DNA of 63,990 nt, the filler included, from Dirinaria sp. TL-2023a (Eukaryota): the NCBI GenBank assembly GCA_051941275.1. It is 7 parts of 7 records of this genome, joined end to end, with 100 filler letters (N's around TTAATTAATTAA, not from the genome) between each part and the next. Parts side by side here need not be neighbours in the genome. Positions count along the whole stretch, not along the records: positions 56,012 to 63,990 come from JAVEBF010001248.1; 6 more parts are not named here. One strand, 5' to 3'. The notes below the pieces were generated by a model. It had not been told where the DNA came from. It did not search any database and was given only the letters and a program-made list of their open reading frames with translations. The position numbers were made by a program, and so were the translations under genes. Of this stretch, positions 61,305 through 63,990 are shown in pieces; the stretch's first letter is position 1, and every line of letters starts with the position of its first letter.

Positions 61305-62667
61305 TGCAGAAGCTCCAACTATACTTTGGATAAGTCGGTAGGGGGGAGGTGGTGTAAGGTTCTGTGTAAAGGAGTTGTTCAGCTCTGCTGTGCAGTTTCT
61401 GGAGATGCTGAGTTGGAGTATGACAAAAATGTGTGAACGGTTGAGTGCAATACTACAAGGCTTCGATGTTGTCTGCAGACAACATTGACAATTCTGGAGC
61501 CTTGGAATCTTGGAGATGGTAAAATAGGTGGAGATGTGAGAAGTGATTGAAGGGAAGTGCTGCCTAACTGCCCTTCTGACAATAGAAGTGAGTGGGCGAG
61601 GAGAAAGGTGGCTGGGATTGCCTTCACTTGCTATTGTTCATTGTATTATTATATAGTGGGTCTTCACTTGCTATTGTCAGTGCTAGTAGCGTGATTTTGA
61701 ATCACCGGACATTGCAAGCGAGGAGGCTGATGAACTTGGATTCGTTAACCTGGGTTTCACGCTTGAGATGAATCGACGAGGTTTCCAGAGTCGCTTCCCA
61801 AAAATGCTTGTTAAAAGGAAAGAAGCGTTTTAAGGTTCGCCAAGAGGTCTTTGATAGGTTAATATAAATTCAATATTTTTTCAGGCAAGAACATTCTAAG
61901 GATTTCTTCTTACTCGTTCGAAGTTGGAGCTGAGCTCGAGATTACAATGGCTGGCAGACTGGACGAAGGGGAGGAACAATTACAGCCAGAACCGCAACTA
62001 TATAGTGAAAAACATGATGGCACTCGGGATGGAATTGCCATGGAGGTGCAAGTGCAATATATGCGCAGTGCCAAGAGGCAATCATATACCTTAGGTATTA
62101 CCATGCTGGCAAACACAGGCAAACACAGGCCAACACAGAGCACAGACAAAAGGGCAAGGGAGATTTCCAACAGTATACCTCCATTATCCACTGGAACCGA
62201 GGAGATTCGTCACATAGTGGACAGCATGTGCCAGATATCGGTGACTGTGATATATTATGAATGCAGGTGCGCATCATCATGACTGGTGGCCATAAAAAGG
62301 AACAAAGAGATGCACCTCCTGTAGAGTAAGAAGCAGGGTCCCACTGCCACGACGATACTCTCTTCTACTGGCAGACCACCCTCCCCACCAGACATCCGTT
62401 TTCACATGGTAATGCATCCGGTCTGACCCCTCTGATGCCCCGATGTTAAGCATGGTATCAATTTCTCTGCTCTGACAAACGTGAGTTTTAAGCATAGAGG
62501 TTTAATGAAATAACGATAAACTACTTCGTCACGAAAGCGGCCCCGTACAAGCGATAAATCATTGAAGGTTGAAGATGTTAGGAAACCATATGAGAGAGGC
62601 AGTATTATTTATAGATGAAAACGAGATAGATGAAAACGAGTAATAATGAGGAGATCGCGGCAGCAAA

Positions 62668-62892
62668 GTACCTTAAGTAGAGATGGTGGTGTGGCGGCAG
62701 TAGTAATTAGTAGTAGGACCCGAGAAGTACATATCTAACCGGAACAACCAGCCGGAACCCGTACGAGTATCATACCTTAAGGTAAGATCAGATCAGATAA
62801 TTCCCCTGATTGGCCAATGACGTTATCCGGCTTTTTCTGCCTCGAGCTCCCCCCAGAACACACGCCTACCTTAAGGTACTAACGCTACCTTA
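62668..62892. promoter_or_regulatory. Cluster of TACCTTAAGGTA palindromes plus ATTGGCCAAT upstream of the URA6 locus
   Basis: Perfect palindromes at 62773-62784 and 62867-62878, partial sites at 62669 and 62886, inverted CCAAT pair at 62809-62818. Confidence 0.5.
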
Positions 62893-62934
62893 CTGTACTG
62901 ATCGACTATCCTACCGGTTGGGTTCCTTATCCTT

Positions 62935-63990
<1,056 letters not shown>

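Overview
Eukaryotic DNA from a filamentous ascomycete (Pezizomycotina, possibly lichen-forming). The window is not one locus: seven contigs are joined by identical 100-nt spacers (44 N + TTAATTAATTAA + 44 N) and sorted by decreasing length (internal contigs 9236, 9233, 9232, 9227, 9212 nt), so nothing links genes across a spacer. Contig 1 (1-9271) holds decayed accessory genes, including a folylpolyglutamate synthase paralog, plus a Ty3/Gypsy chromovirus with a nested insertion. Contig 2 has AT-rich relics, a small-secreted-protein pseudogene and a membrane-protein gene broken by one TGA. Contig 3 has a cytochrome P450, a secreted protein and a protein kinase. Contig 4 (28041-37272) looks like the 5' end of a Starship giant transposon: a DUF3435-type tyrosine recombinase captain just after a (TA)n tract, followed by cargo that includes a J-domain protein with Gln-rich repeats. 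Contigs 5-7 are mostly core genes: SNF5, CEG1, D-amino acid oxidase, a 14-3-3-like gene, two Myb/SANT-like genes, EMP24, ham-8, an F-box-like gene and URA6. The most notable signals are (i) the Starship, (ii) a RIP-like hypermutation that appears to target CpC rather than the canonical CpA (all 11 premature stops I read in the captain are TGA), (iii) the accessory folate-enzyme island with the same signature, and (iv) a possible alternatively spliced, mitochondria-anchored UMP kinase. Family assignments come from motif recognition by eye; no searches were run.
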